From Octopus sinensis (taxonomy: Eukaryota): a DNA stretch of 64,000 bases. A model generated the notes under the pieces. The model was not told where the DNA came from. It ran no database searches and was given only the letters and a program-made list of their open reading frames with translations. The position numbers and the translations under genes were made by a program. Positions 24,226-37,490 of the stretch are shown piece after piece. The first letter of the stretch is position 1; the number at the start of each line of letters is the position of its first letter. The stretch covers positions 17,732,001 through 17,796,000 of the forward strand of contig NC_043021.1 in the NCBI RefSeq assembly GCF_006345805.1. The letters run 5' to 3'.

Positions 24226-26503
24226 ATTGCCAGTCATTTCACATGATGAAATGACCAGAAGAAATACACATACACACACAAAACCTTTTTAAATAACTGT
24301 TAACTGTTTGCACACTTACCTGTCTGAGACAGGTAAATCTACCAACCAGGAATTAATAACAATGGATTATTGTATTATTCCTATAGAATATACGTAGTTG
24401 CAAAATTATCTACAGTCGCAAATTTCCATCAAAGATATCATCATAGCACTTTACAAAAATGGTCACACACACACACAAAAAAAAAAACTCTGCTAAGCAG
24501 TCACACACACACAGCTACTAAATTCAGTTTCGTAATTAAATGGTTTTCAAGAAATCATAAAAAGCTCATTAGGTTGATTCCAAACTTGGAATAAACTATT
24601 TCTGCTAGACATTTCAAACAGCTTCGATAAGTCAACCAATTTGCTTCCTTCCAGATAAAGCAGAGCCAATCATAAAATTGGTATCAATTTTGACAATATC
24701 AAGAGGTGGGACCAACTTTAACAAACTGAATAGAAGAATTAGTGAATAAAAGAAGGTTGTAGAAAATTACTTGGCTTAACGAAGATTTTAAGTGCCAAGC
24801 ATTAGTAAAATGTGTCTGGAGAGGTAAGTTTATAGATTTTAGTGCATAATTAGTAGTGGAGTGTGTGCACATATATGTGTAAATATATAAATGTGTGTGT
24901 ATGAGAGAGAGACGTGAGAGAGTGTGTTCAAACAGCGGGTTTAGTGAGTTTATCAAATGAGTTCAATAGAGGAAAATTGATCAATTAAGGAAAGATTACT
25001 GACAATGGCATCTATGAATCAATGAATGTAGTAATAAACTATTAGCTGCTGTTGTCCTTTTTTTTTACCACCCCCTTTTTTTTACCCTCAGTTAAACTGG
25101 CAACAAGATGACATTTTGAAATGCTGAACAAATAGTTTGAACTGAAAAATAAAACCAAAATTAGCATTCTTTTACCTCAACCTCTGAAAAACCACTACCA
25201 TTTTCATTGTTATTAACTCGTGTCATACTACTGGAGACTCTGTCCCCTTCACTGGAGACTGTACCCCTCCTTTCAGAATTTCTCATGCTATTTATCAAAA
25301 GGTTTCTCAACTAACAACTCAAACAATCCTTATTTTCAAAGATATAAATGTCACAAAAATATGTCATAACACAAACCAGTAAACGCAGAGAGCCAATTTA
25401 CAAACAACTGAGATAGTTCTCTTTAGAAGTCGTGGTCAACTAGATCTCCATCAGCTTTTACAACACTCTCCAAATTAAACATCATTACCATTATTAAATT
25501 AACAGGACTTAACTCATCTCTGATACCAATCAACCAGATACCACTCCTGGTCCAACAATACAAACTTAGTATTTTGAAGTGATTAAATTAAAGCCATCCA
25601 TTAAATTCCATGTCAAATTTACGTTCCAAACACCAGCTTAATAAAGAAGTTATTCAACTAAATTCCTCATTATTTTCAAAATTAATTAAGGGTTAATGAA
25701 ATATCTACTTCCATTGTAGACAGTTGTAACAACTAGATTCTACCAAAACATTGAGGCATCGATGACTATTTTAGTTTATATCACAAATAGAATAAACTGA
25801 ATTAGTTGTAACATTGTTAAAACAATTAGCTTTTAGCCACCTAATCTACACTGAAATATGAACTAATCCATCTAATTCAATATTTCTTTCAATATTAAAA
25901 TGTCTTTAAAATACAACCATATCAGTGCCATAATAGAGTAAAACATTCTTCAAAAAAGAAAAAGACTTTATTCAGAGTTTTCTCTTGCCAAGTCTTCAAC
26001 CTTAGTCATCACAAGATATGTGCTATAGTACGATCATATTTTAACCTCACACCACTACTTCCTTCCCTCAATACCACTCCCCCCATCTCAGTTGAGATAC
26101 CAGTTGTGGTATTTATATGACATCACCACTACTGGTGCCACATAAAAAGCACCCAGAACACACTGTAAAGTGGTTAGCATAAGGAAGGGCATCCATCTGT
26201 AGAAACCGTGCCGAAACCGACAGAGTTTGATACAGTCCTCTGGCTTGCCATCTCCTGTTGAACCATCCAATAGATACCAGCATGGGAAAGCCTGTGTTTA
26301 ATCCTGTCTACTATAAACACAAGGCCCGGGGGGGGGGGGAGTTGATTACATTGACTCCAGTACACAACTGGTACTTAATTTATCGACCCTGAAAGGATGA
26401 AAGGCATAGTTGACTTCAGCAGAATTTGTACTCAGAACGTAGTGACAGGCGAAATACTGCTAAGCATTCCGTCCAGCTTGCCACCTTGGAAAACGCATGT
26501 TTA

Positions 26504-26556
<53 letters not shown>

Positions 26557-28309
26557 GGTAATGATGATGAGTAAGTAGCATGTGGTAAGGCTTAAAAACA
26601 CTGACCAACACCACACAATAGATAAGAAACCCTGTATTTGCGGCATTCATCATTTGAGGTTTCCTAACACTATTGCATCAATGAAATCCATGGTTTATAA
26701 CACATTGAACACTCTCTAATTTCTAAGAGTTCCCTTGTCTGTGAAAGTAGAACTGCATGTGGCTGTTGTAAACTGCAACCATTCTGCCCACCCACCCACC
26801 CGCCCCCTTACTATGACTGCTGATTGCCTGCAGTTGAGCCAACCCTTCCCCTTCCCTTAGATTGCCTCCAATTATTATTATTATTATCGTTATTATGCTA
26901 GCCTCACACTGTATTGACATGCCTAATAAACTCTCGACATACTTTCATTTATCAATTTAGATAACTTCTTTCTCAATCCCACTACTCACACACATTTCAC
27001 ACATTCTCTCTTCTCAAAGAAGATTTAACAAAGAAAGCAATGGCACAGAAAAATCAATCTTTTTTAGCCTCAAATGACACTTGGTAGGCTTAACCTAGAA
27101 TCCTGAATCCAAAATTAGACACTTTCTTTTCTTCTTCATTTTCGTTGTTTCAATTTATAACATATTCGTCTTTTCAAAGCAGCACTTCAAGTAACATGAC
27201 CCAAGCTAGGAAATGGAATACTACATGTTTCATCTATTCTGGACACTTCACAAATATTAAAATGACACAAAACATTAAAAAAATTTTTTCCCTACCCACC
27301 AACTAACCAGCTCTCATCATGAACTAACCAGAATAGGAAGTTATAAGAATTACAAACCAGTTCACTCAAACACATGAGGAAGCACTTAGGTATTATTGCA
27401 GCTAAGCTATAGTACAGTGTTGGGGTCCACAAAAGTTTTAGCTGCTTTTCAAAGGCTGTTAATCCCCTTTGATAAAGACATAAAAGCCAAAGTCGGTTGT
27501 TCTTTCATCTCTAAATCTCAAACTACAGATGACATGTGTGCAGAAGAAACAATGATTTCAGTGGACTAGACACAAAGCCAATCCTGTAAAAGGAATATGC
27601 TAAATCAATCACATTGACTCCAGTCTATACTGTCAATCCATCACATCAACTTTAGTATAAAATTAATATGATATAGTATTAATGTATAACCAATCGCACT
27701 GACTGTAGTATATAACAAATATAACATTTTATCGACCTAGGAGAAACCTATTGTCAGGAATTGTACTAAGAAGAACGAGATATTGAACTAAACATTATAT
27801 GATGTTTTATAATGCTTGCAAAATGTTTATTTCATCCATCTTTACATTCCGACTTCAAATTCCATCAAGGTTGACTTAGACTTTCATCCTTTAGGGATTC
27901 ATGAAATACCAGTTGAGCACAATGGTTGATGTAATTGACTAACCTCCAACCCCAAAATTTCAGGCTCCTTACTCATAAGAGAAAGGATATTATCCAGGGT
28001 CAACGACCAGTCAAATAATGTGGATTAATTTAATCAACTAACCCCTTCCCACAAAAACTGCTGCCCTCATGTATAAATTACAAATTATTATTATTGTTGT
28101 TGTTGTTGTTGTTATAGCAGTGTAGCAGAATCAATAGGGGTCCTAACCAGACTCAATGGATTCATCACTCTTAAGCTCAGATCTCACTCAAGTGAGTTTT
28201 GCTTTCCGTCCCTCCAGAGAAAGCAATGAGATCTGCTACAGTTATATCTTGCGACCTTTTCAATTAACTATATCTCATGCCAATCTGCAAGACATTGTTA
28301 CTATTAAGG

Positions 28310-28576
28310 TGGCAAGCTGGCAGAAATGTTAGCATGCTATGCAAAATGCTCAGTGGTATTTCATCCATCTTTACATCCTGAGTTCATAATCGAGTACCAG
28401 TTATGTACTGGGGTTAATGTAATCGACTTACCCCCTTCCCTGAAATTGCTGGCCTTGTGCCAAAATTTGAAACCAATATTGTTGTTGTTGGTGTTGTTTT
28501 CCCCATCATTCTTTATGTAATCCTACATTGTATCTTCCAGTATTGTCTCCAATGTTTTTGTGTGGTTAATAAAGGA

Positions 28577-28614
<38 letters not shown>

Positions 28615-28925
28615 TGGTTGAGCACTAGGGTCAATATAATTGACTAGCATCTAACCCCAAAATTTCAAACCTTGTGCCTTTAATAGAAAGGACTATAATT
28701 ATTTTTATTAAAGTGGCAAGCTGGCAGAATTGTTGGCACACTGGGTAAAATGCTTGGCAGCATTTCATCCATCTTTATGTTCTGAGTTCAAATGCCACCA
28801 AGGTCAACTTTGCCTTTCATCCTTTCAGGAGTCGATAAAATAAGTACCAGCTGAGGATTGAGGTCAATTTAACTGACTTACCCCACCCGCCAAATTTGCT
28901 GGCCTTGGGCCAAAATTTGAAATTA
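28310..28925 (+). mobile_element. Tandem cluster of older family-A SINE copies with (ATT)n/(ATC)n tails
   Basis: Two or three diverged copies of GGCAAGCTGGCAGAA...GAGTTCA...GTACCAG...GCTGGCCTTG...CAAAATTTGA. More diverged family-A copies lie near 4350, 5720, 10820, 19400, 20280, 26330, 33330, 35330, 45300 and 61700 (approximate). Confidence 0.75.
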
Positions 28926-29989
28926 TCATCATCATCATCATCCACCCTGCCAACACTAAATTCCATGAAAATAACTTAGTTACAACTAACAAGAGGAATA
29001 CCCTCAGCTTTGTTCCACATGAGTGGCTGATGAAATGTAAGGTGTCCAGCCATGCAAGGTACTCTTGCTAACCCATCTAATCCATGCCAACAGAACATGG
29101 TGGGTTTTGATGGTCCATGACCCACCACTTTGTAACACTGGTTACTAAACTACTAAAACAGAGAGAGAGAGAGAGAGAGAGAGTGGGATAAGAAAACAAA
29201 CATGCTTAACCATTAGTAGACAGCAAAAACAGTTTCACAACTGACTAAATGTGAAGTAGTGCTGAATGTCCCTCCTTTTCTCTCTAACCAGTCATTAAAC
29301 AATAGCACCTCACTCAACCTCCGGCTGGCTGCCATGCTTGAACTCTTAACAAACAACACATAGTAGCTACTTTAACTGGTTTGTTGTTTAAACCATGACA
29401 GGTTGAAAAGAAGAGGAAGAAGATAAAAGTGCATTAGCGGGAAATCTCCAGCACTGACAACAACAAGGCAGATAAAATCAATTGAATTTCATGGGAAATT
29501 CAGCCAATTAGACCAGAAGATAAAAACATACAGAACACACACACACAGAGGGCACCTAATTGGTCTCACTGGTTTCACACACACACACACAAAGAGGAAT
29601 TAAACAGATTTTTTTCCTTTCTTCCTTTCTTAACCAAGTTCCTTAACACTTCACCAACTCACAGAATCAAAATCAACTCGTTTCACACAAAATTAGAGTA
29701 AAGTGCACACACACTGGCAAGTTTGCTTTCTGCTCTTCAGAGGGGAAGAATTAAAAAAAAAAACTATGGGTATTATAACTATTCATATCCCAGCTGTCAC
29801 AAAGTACAGGGCTTTGTGCCAAGTCAAGAGAAACTAATAATTTAAATATCATCAATGTTTACATATTAAAAAAATGCTCCTGAGGGAGAGAGGGAGAGAG
29901 AGAGAAAGAGATAGATGTCATGCTTAGCAACCATGTTAGCAAATGGATAATGAAGAACAAATTTCACCAGACACAGGTAGTACAGATTT

Positions 29990-30006
29990 ATCTATCTATC
30001 TATTTA

Positions 30007-30102
<96 letters not shown>

Positions 30103-30130
30103 TTTACACATACATACACACACACACACA
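29990..30130. repeat. (ATCT)n/(TA)n ~90 bp/(CA)n compound microsatellite
   Basis: Read directly. Other (TA)n tracts lie at ~5011, 19830, 24030, 40665, 47050, 56760 and 59980. Confidence 0.95.
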
Positions 30131-30199
30131 TACACTTAGTAGCTCTCCTTTAACAAGAAAAAGTAATTAGTTGGAAAACGTTGGTAGAATAGAATAACT

Positions 30200-32002
30200 T
30201 GACATCTATGCCTCACTGGTGATGATGAATGATGGTGATGGTGGTGGTGGTGCCAATGATGAGTGTTGTGTCACCATAGAGGCAGTAGGCAGGTAAGTGG
30301 AAGGGTGAGAAAGAGATAAGAGATAAGAGGGGAGCAAGAATAGGGAGCTGTGTGTGCATGTGAGAGGTGCTCCGCATGTGAATAAGTGTACGCAGGAGGG
30401 AGGGAGAGATAGATAGACAAGGAGAGAGACAAAGTGAGAAAGAGAGAGAGAGAGAGAGAGATTATTTTCTATATGACCCACTTTCATAGTGAATGCATTA
30501 AAGGCAGCAGTAATAGTAATATCCGCAACAATAACCTTTCTTCGTCACTGCCCAGTTTCGTGTGCCCGCGCAATTGTGTGCGAGTGAGAACGTGTGCTGT
30601 GCTGCGCTGTGCGCGTTTGTGTGTTTGTGTGTGTGTGTGCACGCACACGCATGTACTTGTTTACATATGCTTTTATATCCAAGTCTAACACACATATCCA
30701 AATAGCTATATGTAACACTGCCAATCATATTGATTACTGTGAGCTAGCTCAGCGACGACGGCGTCTGCAGCAGCAGCAGCAGCTGGAGGGCAGGCAGGCA
30801 GATGTTGGATGGATGGATGGATGGATGGATGGATGGACGGAGAGAGAGCAGGAGGGACAGATGGACGGAGAAGGAATGGACGAATAGAGTTGAAGGAGAC
30901 GGAGGTGGTGGAGTGGAGACGGGCAAGCACCAGGACACGGGTGCATCCAATGATCTGGACGATGGTGGTGGTGGTGGTGGAGAGTATGAGTGTATCAGTT
31001 GTCGTTAGCAACTGGCACGATCTGGTAAAAGACACCAAAGAGAAAGAGGTGGGGGGGAGGAGGGAAAGAGAGAGAGAGAGAGAGAGGGAGAGACCAGACA
31101 CACTTGTATTGAAAACAATACTAAACACACATCAGTTGATATGAGCTGCTTTAGAACATGAAATGGAAGGTAAATTTTAAGATTGATAACAACAACATGC
31201 AAACATTAATAGTTGTCTGCTGCTGAAGATACATACACACACACACACACGTGCACACGTGTGTGTGTGTGTGTGTTTGTGTGTAGGGGAGTAAAATCAA
31301 ATAAAATATGCAAAAGAATATACGAAGTAGAGGATGAGGAGGAGGAAAAAGAGAAAGTGATGTGTACGAGACAGAGAAAAACAAATAAATAAACAAATGG
31401 AGAAATGATGGATTGAAAGATGTTGAAAAGAAGAAGGTGAAGAAGAAAGAGAAGAAGAAGAAAATGGAAAAGAATAAAAAGGAAAAGAAAAAGGAAAAGA
31501 AGAAAAAGGAAAAGAAGAAGAAGGAAAAGAAGAAGAAGAAGAAGGGCACTAATAAACAGAGGATGGAATTAGTGACAGAGAAATATTGGAATATTATCAG
31601 TGTGATGATAATCTGTGTTGCTATAGCGATTGAAACAGAGTGATCAACAAAAACCATCTCGAATATGATCATATTCCCACCTCTACACACACACACACAC
31701 ACACACAGGTCTTGCTATTAACTGATATGCTAACAATTATTTATTTTTTTTGTTGTTTTTGTTTCATTTATTCATTACTTACAGCATTTGTTAGCTTAGA
31801 GACCCATCCCCCTCCACCCGAGTCTTAAAAGTATACAACCATGTGAAATTTTACAAATGGCTTTTATATATCTAGGTGCATTTTTACCTGTGCTGACTGT
31901 TACAATAATTAAAACCCCCACTGTCGCCGCCGCCGCCACCACCACCACCACCACCACCACCACCACTAAAGCCGCCAGCAGCAGCACCCAGTGCCACTTG
32001 AA

Positions 32003-32059
<57 letters not shown>

Positions 32060-32100
32060 AGAGGAGGACTAGCACTGCTACTTGTATTAGTCAGGGAGAG
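30200..32100. repeat. Dense compound microsatellite region: (GGT)n, (GA)n, (GT)n, (CAG)n, (GGAT)n, (AAG/GAAAA)n, (CCA)n
   Basis: Read directly; accounts for the many low-complexity ORFs in the track. Confidence 0.9.
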
Positions 32101-32801
32101 ACCAAAAGTAAATACATGTTAGAACACAGCTTATTGATCTTTTATTCAGTTTACAAGTCGAGAGCAGACAAAATGCCAATTGAGGAAACTAATTGAAGAT
32201 ATTGTCGTCACGAGCATGTGCAGTAGCAATCTGTTAACGTAGCAGTTTAAAATAAGAGGATTTTAAGCAAGAAAATTATCCTAAATGCTTGAGGATAATA
32301 TAAGCAATAATATAAGCAATAAGTACTTTTGTGTGGCAGATAATAACAAAAGGTACTGAAGGATTTAATTTCTTTCCTTAATATCCAATCTCCTATTGGC
32401 TAAATTTGTTCAATGAAATGATTTATTCACTGGCCCTGCCTACCACAGCCACACAGCACCAGTAGCTGCTGCTTTCTCCTATGACACATTATCAATAATA
32501 ACATCACTGCAGCTATATTATTTTCAGTTTTATCATCATCATCACCACCGCCACCGTTCCTGCCCACATTCACTGTAACTGGGGAGAGAACTGAGAAAGG
32601 AGCATAACATTTGAGCAGCAAATTTAATCTTTTGCTTCAGCTAATCATATGACTTGAGAGGAAGGAGAGAGAGCAAACAAATTTATATGTTTAGTGATTA
32701 AATTGAATCACTGAATCAACAGATGCGAGATGACACAAACAACAATACCAACACCAACACCACCACCAAAACAGTTTGTTGTTATTTTTAAATACTGTAA
32801 T

Positions 32802-33190
32802 TTTATGGAAGCACTCCGTCGGTTACGACGACGAGGGTTCCGGTTGATCCGAATCAACGGAACAGCCTGCTCGTGAAATTAACGTGTAAGTGGCTGAGCA
32901 CTCCACAGACACGTGTACCCTTAACGTAGTTCTCGGGGATATTCAGCGTGACACAGAGAGTGACAAGGCCGGCCCTTTGAAATACAGGTACAACAGAAAC
33001 AGGAAGTAAGAGTGAGAGAAAGTTGTGGTGAAAGAGTACAGCAGGGATCACCACCATCCCCTGCCGGAGCCTCGTGGGGCTTTAGGTGTTTTCGCTCAAT
33101 AAACACTCACAACGCCCGGTCTGGGAATCGAAACCGCAATCCTATGACCGCGAGTCCGCTGCCCTAACCACTGGGCCATTGCGCCTCCAC
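32802..33190 (-). mobile_element. Young full-length SINE, same family as 15545-15925, opposite orientation
   Basis: Nearly identical reverse complement of the 15.5-kb copy; 13-bp TSD TAAATACTGTAAT at 32789-32801 and 33191-33203. Confidence 0.9.
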
Positions 33191-34559
33191 TAAATACTGT
33201 AATACTGGTTAATAAACACCAACAGTAACACTGAAGATTATAACTATAATTAATAACTAAATCTGAAAAATATTTTAAAATTTCAATAAAGCAACAATAA
33301 TAATAATCCTTTCTACTATAGACACAAGACCTGAAATTTGGGGATGGGGTGTCAGTCGATTACATCGCCTCCAATGCTTGACTGGTACTTAATTTACTGG
33401 CTGTGAAAGGAGGATAGGCAAAAGTCGACCTCGGTGGAATTTGAACTCGAAATGTTAAGATGAACAAAATACCACTAAATATTTTGTCCATATGCTAATT
33501 GTTCAGTCAGCTGCTGCCTTAATAATAACGATGGTGATTTTAAATTCTGGCACAGGGCCAGCAACTATAGTACTTGGTGAGGATGAAAGGCAAGGTCTAC
33601 CTTGGCAGAACAAAATCAGAAGAAATGCCACAAAGCATTTTCCCCAGTGAGGTAAATGACTCTGCCAGCTCACACCTTCAATAATAATAATAATAATAAT
33701 AATAATAAGACCCTCTTATTGGAAATGGCAATATTAGTCAACATTATAAAGAATTTTAACTAATAAACAATAAAAATTGTTTAATATTTGATTATTATTT
33801 AACAAATAACATTTATTTAATGATGAGGTTGCAATAGCATAATTCCCCACTCACTTTAGGTAATTAATTTTCTACAATAGTGCCAATAAATTATTACATA
33901 GTCTTCTAATTTACTAGAACAAAATTATATTGTTTCTAAACAAGTTATTGTCCTGAAACAAGGTCAGTGGATCAACAAAATCACTACAGCATCAAACAAA
34001 GTGCACAGTGGCTTATTGGTTCCAATACTTTTATGCTGTGGGTTCAAATCAAATCCTGCCGAGGTTAACTCTGCTTTCCATTCTTCATACCATGTACTCG
34101 GGTTGAACTGACCCCTTTCCTTCCTTGAATACATGTTAGGAGCCTTTGTTCCTCCAAACAATTCCTTGCACACAACTGGATCAACGTATTTGTATAGCAT
34201 TGATGCTGAGCTAATTTCTCCTTGCGACAAATATGTTAGAAAATACTTGAAACTCAAGAAATATTAATTAGAATAACAATGATTATGAAAATCCTAATTT
34301 GAAAATGTATGAATAATGAAAACAATTTTATTTCCAATTATTGTACTAATTGTTAATTTAGAAACTATTCTGATTCATAAAGTCTGACATTTTAAAATCA
34401 TTAAACATCATATTTCATTTCTATTTTTACAAACTAATTATACCATTCATCAAATATGTGGACCCTTTTCTCTATTTCTCATCGATCCCTGATAAAATCC
34501 TTTTCAGTTAACTTTCTTGCAATTAAGTTTTCAGACCCAACCTTTTTTTATCTTTTACT

Positions 34560-34862
34560 TGTTTGTCATTAGACAGTGGCCACACTGGAGCACTGCCTTG
34601 AAGAACTTTTACTCAAATGAACTGACCACAGTATTTCCATTCTTTTCTTTTTTTTTAAGCCTATCGTCAAGCAGTGGAGGAAGACAAACACAGACGCAAC
34701 ACACAAATGACAGGCTTCTTTTAGTTTCTGTCTACCAAATCCACTCACACAACTTTGGTAAGCCCAAGGCTGTAGAAGGCCCTTGTCCAAGGTGCCATGA
34801 AGTGGGACTGAACCTGGAACCATGTGGTTGGGAAGTAAGCTCCTTACCACACCACCACACCT
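34560..34862 (-). mobile_element. Family-C SINE
   Basis: CCAAATCCACTCACA...GTGGGACTGAACCTGGAACCATGTGG...CTTACCACACC, matching other copies. Confidence 0.75.
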
Positions 34863-35882
34863 GTACCTAACTTTCTTTCCTTAAACTCATACAAGAAATA
34901 TTACCTCCACCAATAACCTGTCCTTAACTTGAACCAATGAGAAAGCCTTAACATCAGCCAGTTTCAACCCTTTTTTTTTTTTTTTTTGATCCACGACACA
35001 AAGAAAAAGGCACTAAATGTGTTATGACACACAACCACCTTGCTTCATATTAAAACAAAAAAAAAACCAACAGGTATTGACAAAGTTTTAAAACAAAAGT
35101 GAGCAGGAGACACACTCACCCATACATCGCCCTTTTCCACAAAGAAATACTCATGCACCACTTTGGTGTAATGAAAGACACTCAAGCATTCTAAAAAATT
35201 CTTTGCAGTTTTTAGGTTACCTCAAAAGCTCATGACACACTTGAAGGCCGTGTGCCACAATTATAGCAGATGATGGTGATGATGATGATGCACTGTAAAT
35301 GTGAATGGACTTGTACAAGAAGACAAGCTGCATCACTTTTCATTCTGAATTCAAATTTTGCCAAGATCAACTTTGTCCTTTCATCTTGAGAGGGTTGCTG
35401 ACATAAAATAGTCATGCTGTACCAGCAGGATGGTGTGATCAACTATTCCTGACTCTTAAATTTGTGACCTTATACTTATGTTAGAAATCAATATTAATTA
35501 AAGTAATTCACTCTGAGAAAACTTGCTCCAGAAGTGTTGAAAATGTCTTAATTCTATTTCCAATGCTTAAAACAGAAAAATAGTCAAATCTAACTAAATT
35601 ATATGTTCAATTCTTACACAAGGAAATGAAAAAAAGTAACATATACCAAATTACAGCCATGGCATTACTTGAAAATTATCTGAATAAGTTATTGGGAGTT
35701 AGGAGAGACAGGTATTGTGGAATACATTTGGTTAAATACCAGTTGTCAGGCATAATTTCGTCATTAGTGTTACTGTTTCTAGAAGGTTAGCTTCCAAATT
35801 CAGATTACGTTTGTCTTGTAGATTCACAATATAATGAGGAGAGAGAGAGAGATGTTATCTAACAGGTATTTTGATATAAACA

Positions 35883-36115
35883 TATTTCTTTACTACCCAC
35901 AAGGGGCTAAACACAGAGGGGACAAACAAGGACAGACAAACGGATTAAGTCGATTACATCAACCCCAGTGCGTAACTGGTACTTAATTTATCAACCCCGA
36001 AAGGATGAAAGGCAAAGTCGACCTCGGCGGAATTTGAACTCAGAACATAACAGCAGACGAAATACAGCTACGCATTTCGCCCGGCGTGCTAATGTTTCTG
36101 CCAGCTCGCCGCCTT
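35883..36115 (-). mobile_element. tRNA-derived SINE, family A, young copy
   Basis: Reverse complement of the 21661 copy; 16-bp TSD TATTTTGATATAAACA at 35867-35882 and 36116-36131. Confidence 0.9.
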
Positions 36116-37153
36116 TATTTTGATATAAACAACAAGGAGATGAACTTTAGACTATGCAAAGAGACATGTAAATCCTACTAGTCACAACGGTGAAGTTTGT
36201 AAGCAAATGAGGTTTAAAGCAATGTAAAGTAATGAATGGAACGAGTTGTTAACACGCCTAAACATAAATGCTTTGAGAAGAATTAAAGAACTAAAGAACG
36301 AGCAGGTTGGGATAAAGACTAGAAGAGAATAAAGGAAGAAAATCTTCAATGTAAAATGAGAAAGCCAGCTGTAAAGATTATGGAAATGAAAACTGAAAGA
36401 AGAAATCCACCCAAAAAAACCTTAAGTAAGCCACCGCAAGATAGAGCTTCCAACAAAACAAAGCATTAGGCTTGTTTATTTTTTTTTGGTCTTATCAATA
36501 AAAATATTTCTTAAATAAACAGGTAATGAAAAATGGCTTCTCAAAAGTTAATTATTCAAATTACTACAACTTGTTTTAGAAAACTGTTTCAATGTAACAA
36601 CAATAAAGCTGGAAAGTAAATTTCAATAATATATAAAAAAAAAAAAAAAAAAAATTAAGATTGAGAAGAAGAAAGACAACAACAACAAGAACAAGAAGGA
36701 TAGAAATTGCTAAAAGCTGTTCTGTTAATTAATAATGATATATTTATAACTAAACATTATTTCCACAAGTAAATTAAAGATTGTAGCTCTTTTAAGGAAG
36801 GGAAGTAGGGGGGGGGGTGAACATTGCTCAGAAAATAACACTGAAATTCCTTTCTTGTGTTTTTGTATTTAGAGCATATAGTCAGTATTATGTTCTGAGA
36901 AAACCAAAGTCAGTAGCACAGTTTCAATTTCTAGTGATAGCTGTTTCTTTTCACATATGGTGCTAGAAACATATGGTGCTATGTGGGCATATGAACCAGT
37001 TCTCTACTTAAAGGTTGAATAAGCCCACGGTTTCAAGGGTCAGCTCAGGAGAGGAAGAGATGAGCAGAGTAAATTGTAAATTGGCAGAAGACAAGAATAT
37101 TTCTTCAGGATTTGGACTGAAATGCTGTCCAATCCAAATTTCTTGCTTTTTAA

Positions 37154-37355
37154 CCCTTTAGTATTTAAACCGGCCATATCCGGCCAAAATAGTTAATCTG
37201 TTTTGTGTTCAAACTGACCAGATCCAGGCTCTCACACCTACCCTACAATGTTATTCTACATTAAGTAATTACACCATCAAGATCTTGAAGATATGAGATA
37301 ATGCATGATTAATTCAAATCATTATGTTTGCTAAAATAATCTGAACACTAAAGGG
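37154..37355. mobile_element. piggyBac-like MITE family 2 (TIR CCCTTTAGCATT)
   Basis: TTAA at 37150-37153 and 37356-37359; internal AAACCGGCCATATCCGGCC...ATCTGAA shared by all copies. Confidence 0.8.
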
Positions 37356-37449
37356 TTAATCCTTTGTTGCCATATTTCAATTGAAATATATACATTACTG
37401 CATATAATCTGACAAGTTGTGGTGCACCTGAGCACTGTATACAATAATT

Positions 37450-37490
<41 letters not shown>

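Noticed and set aside
30434-32075. Many overlapping ORFs (poly-F, poly-K/E, poly-V, poly-G, MDGW repeats)
   Set aside because: They are translations of microsatellites in several frames at once, with no domain-like sequence.
33964-34257. 97-aa minus-strand ORF that looks protein-like (…FNPSTWYEEWKAELTSAGFDLNPQ…) inside MED13
   Set aside because: The plus strand is a decayed family-A SINE (TTCAAATCCTGCCGAGGTTAACTCTGCTTTCCATTC…). The flanking MED13 exons already join in frame as VEVII-A-GVHMRYP, matching human VEVLV-A-GVRMIYP.
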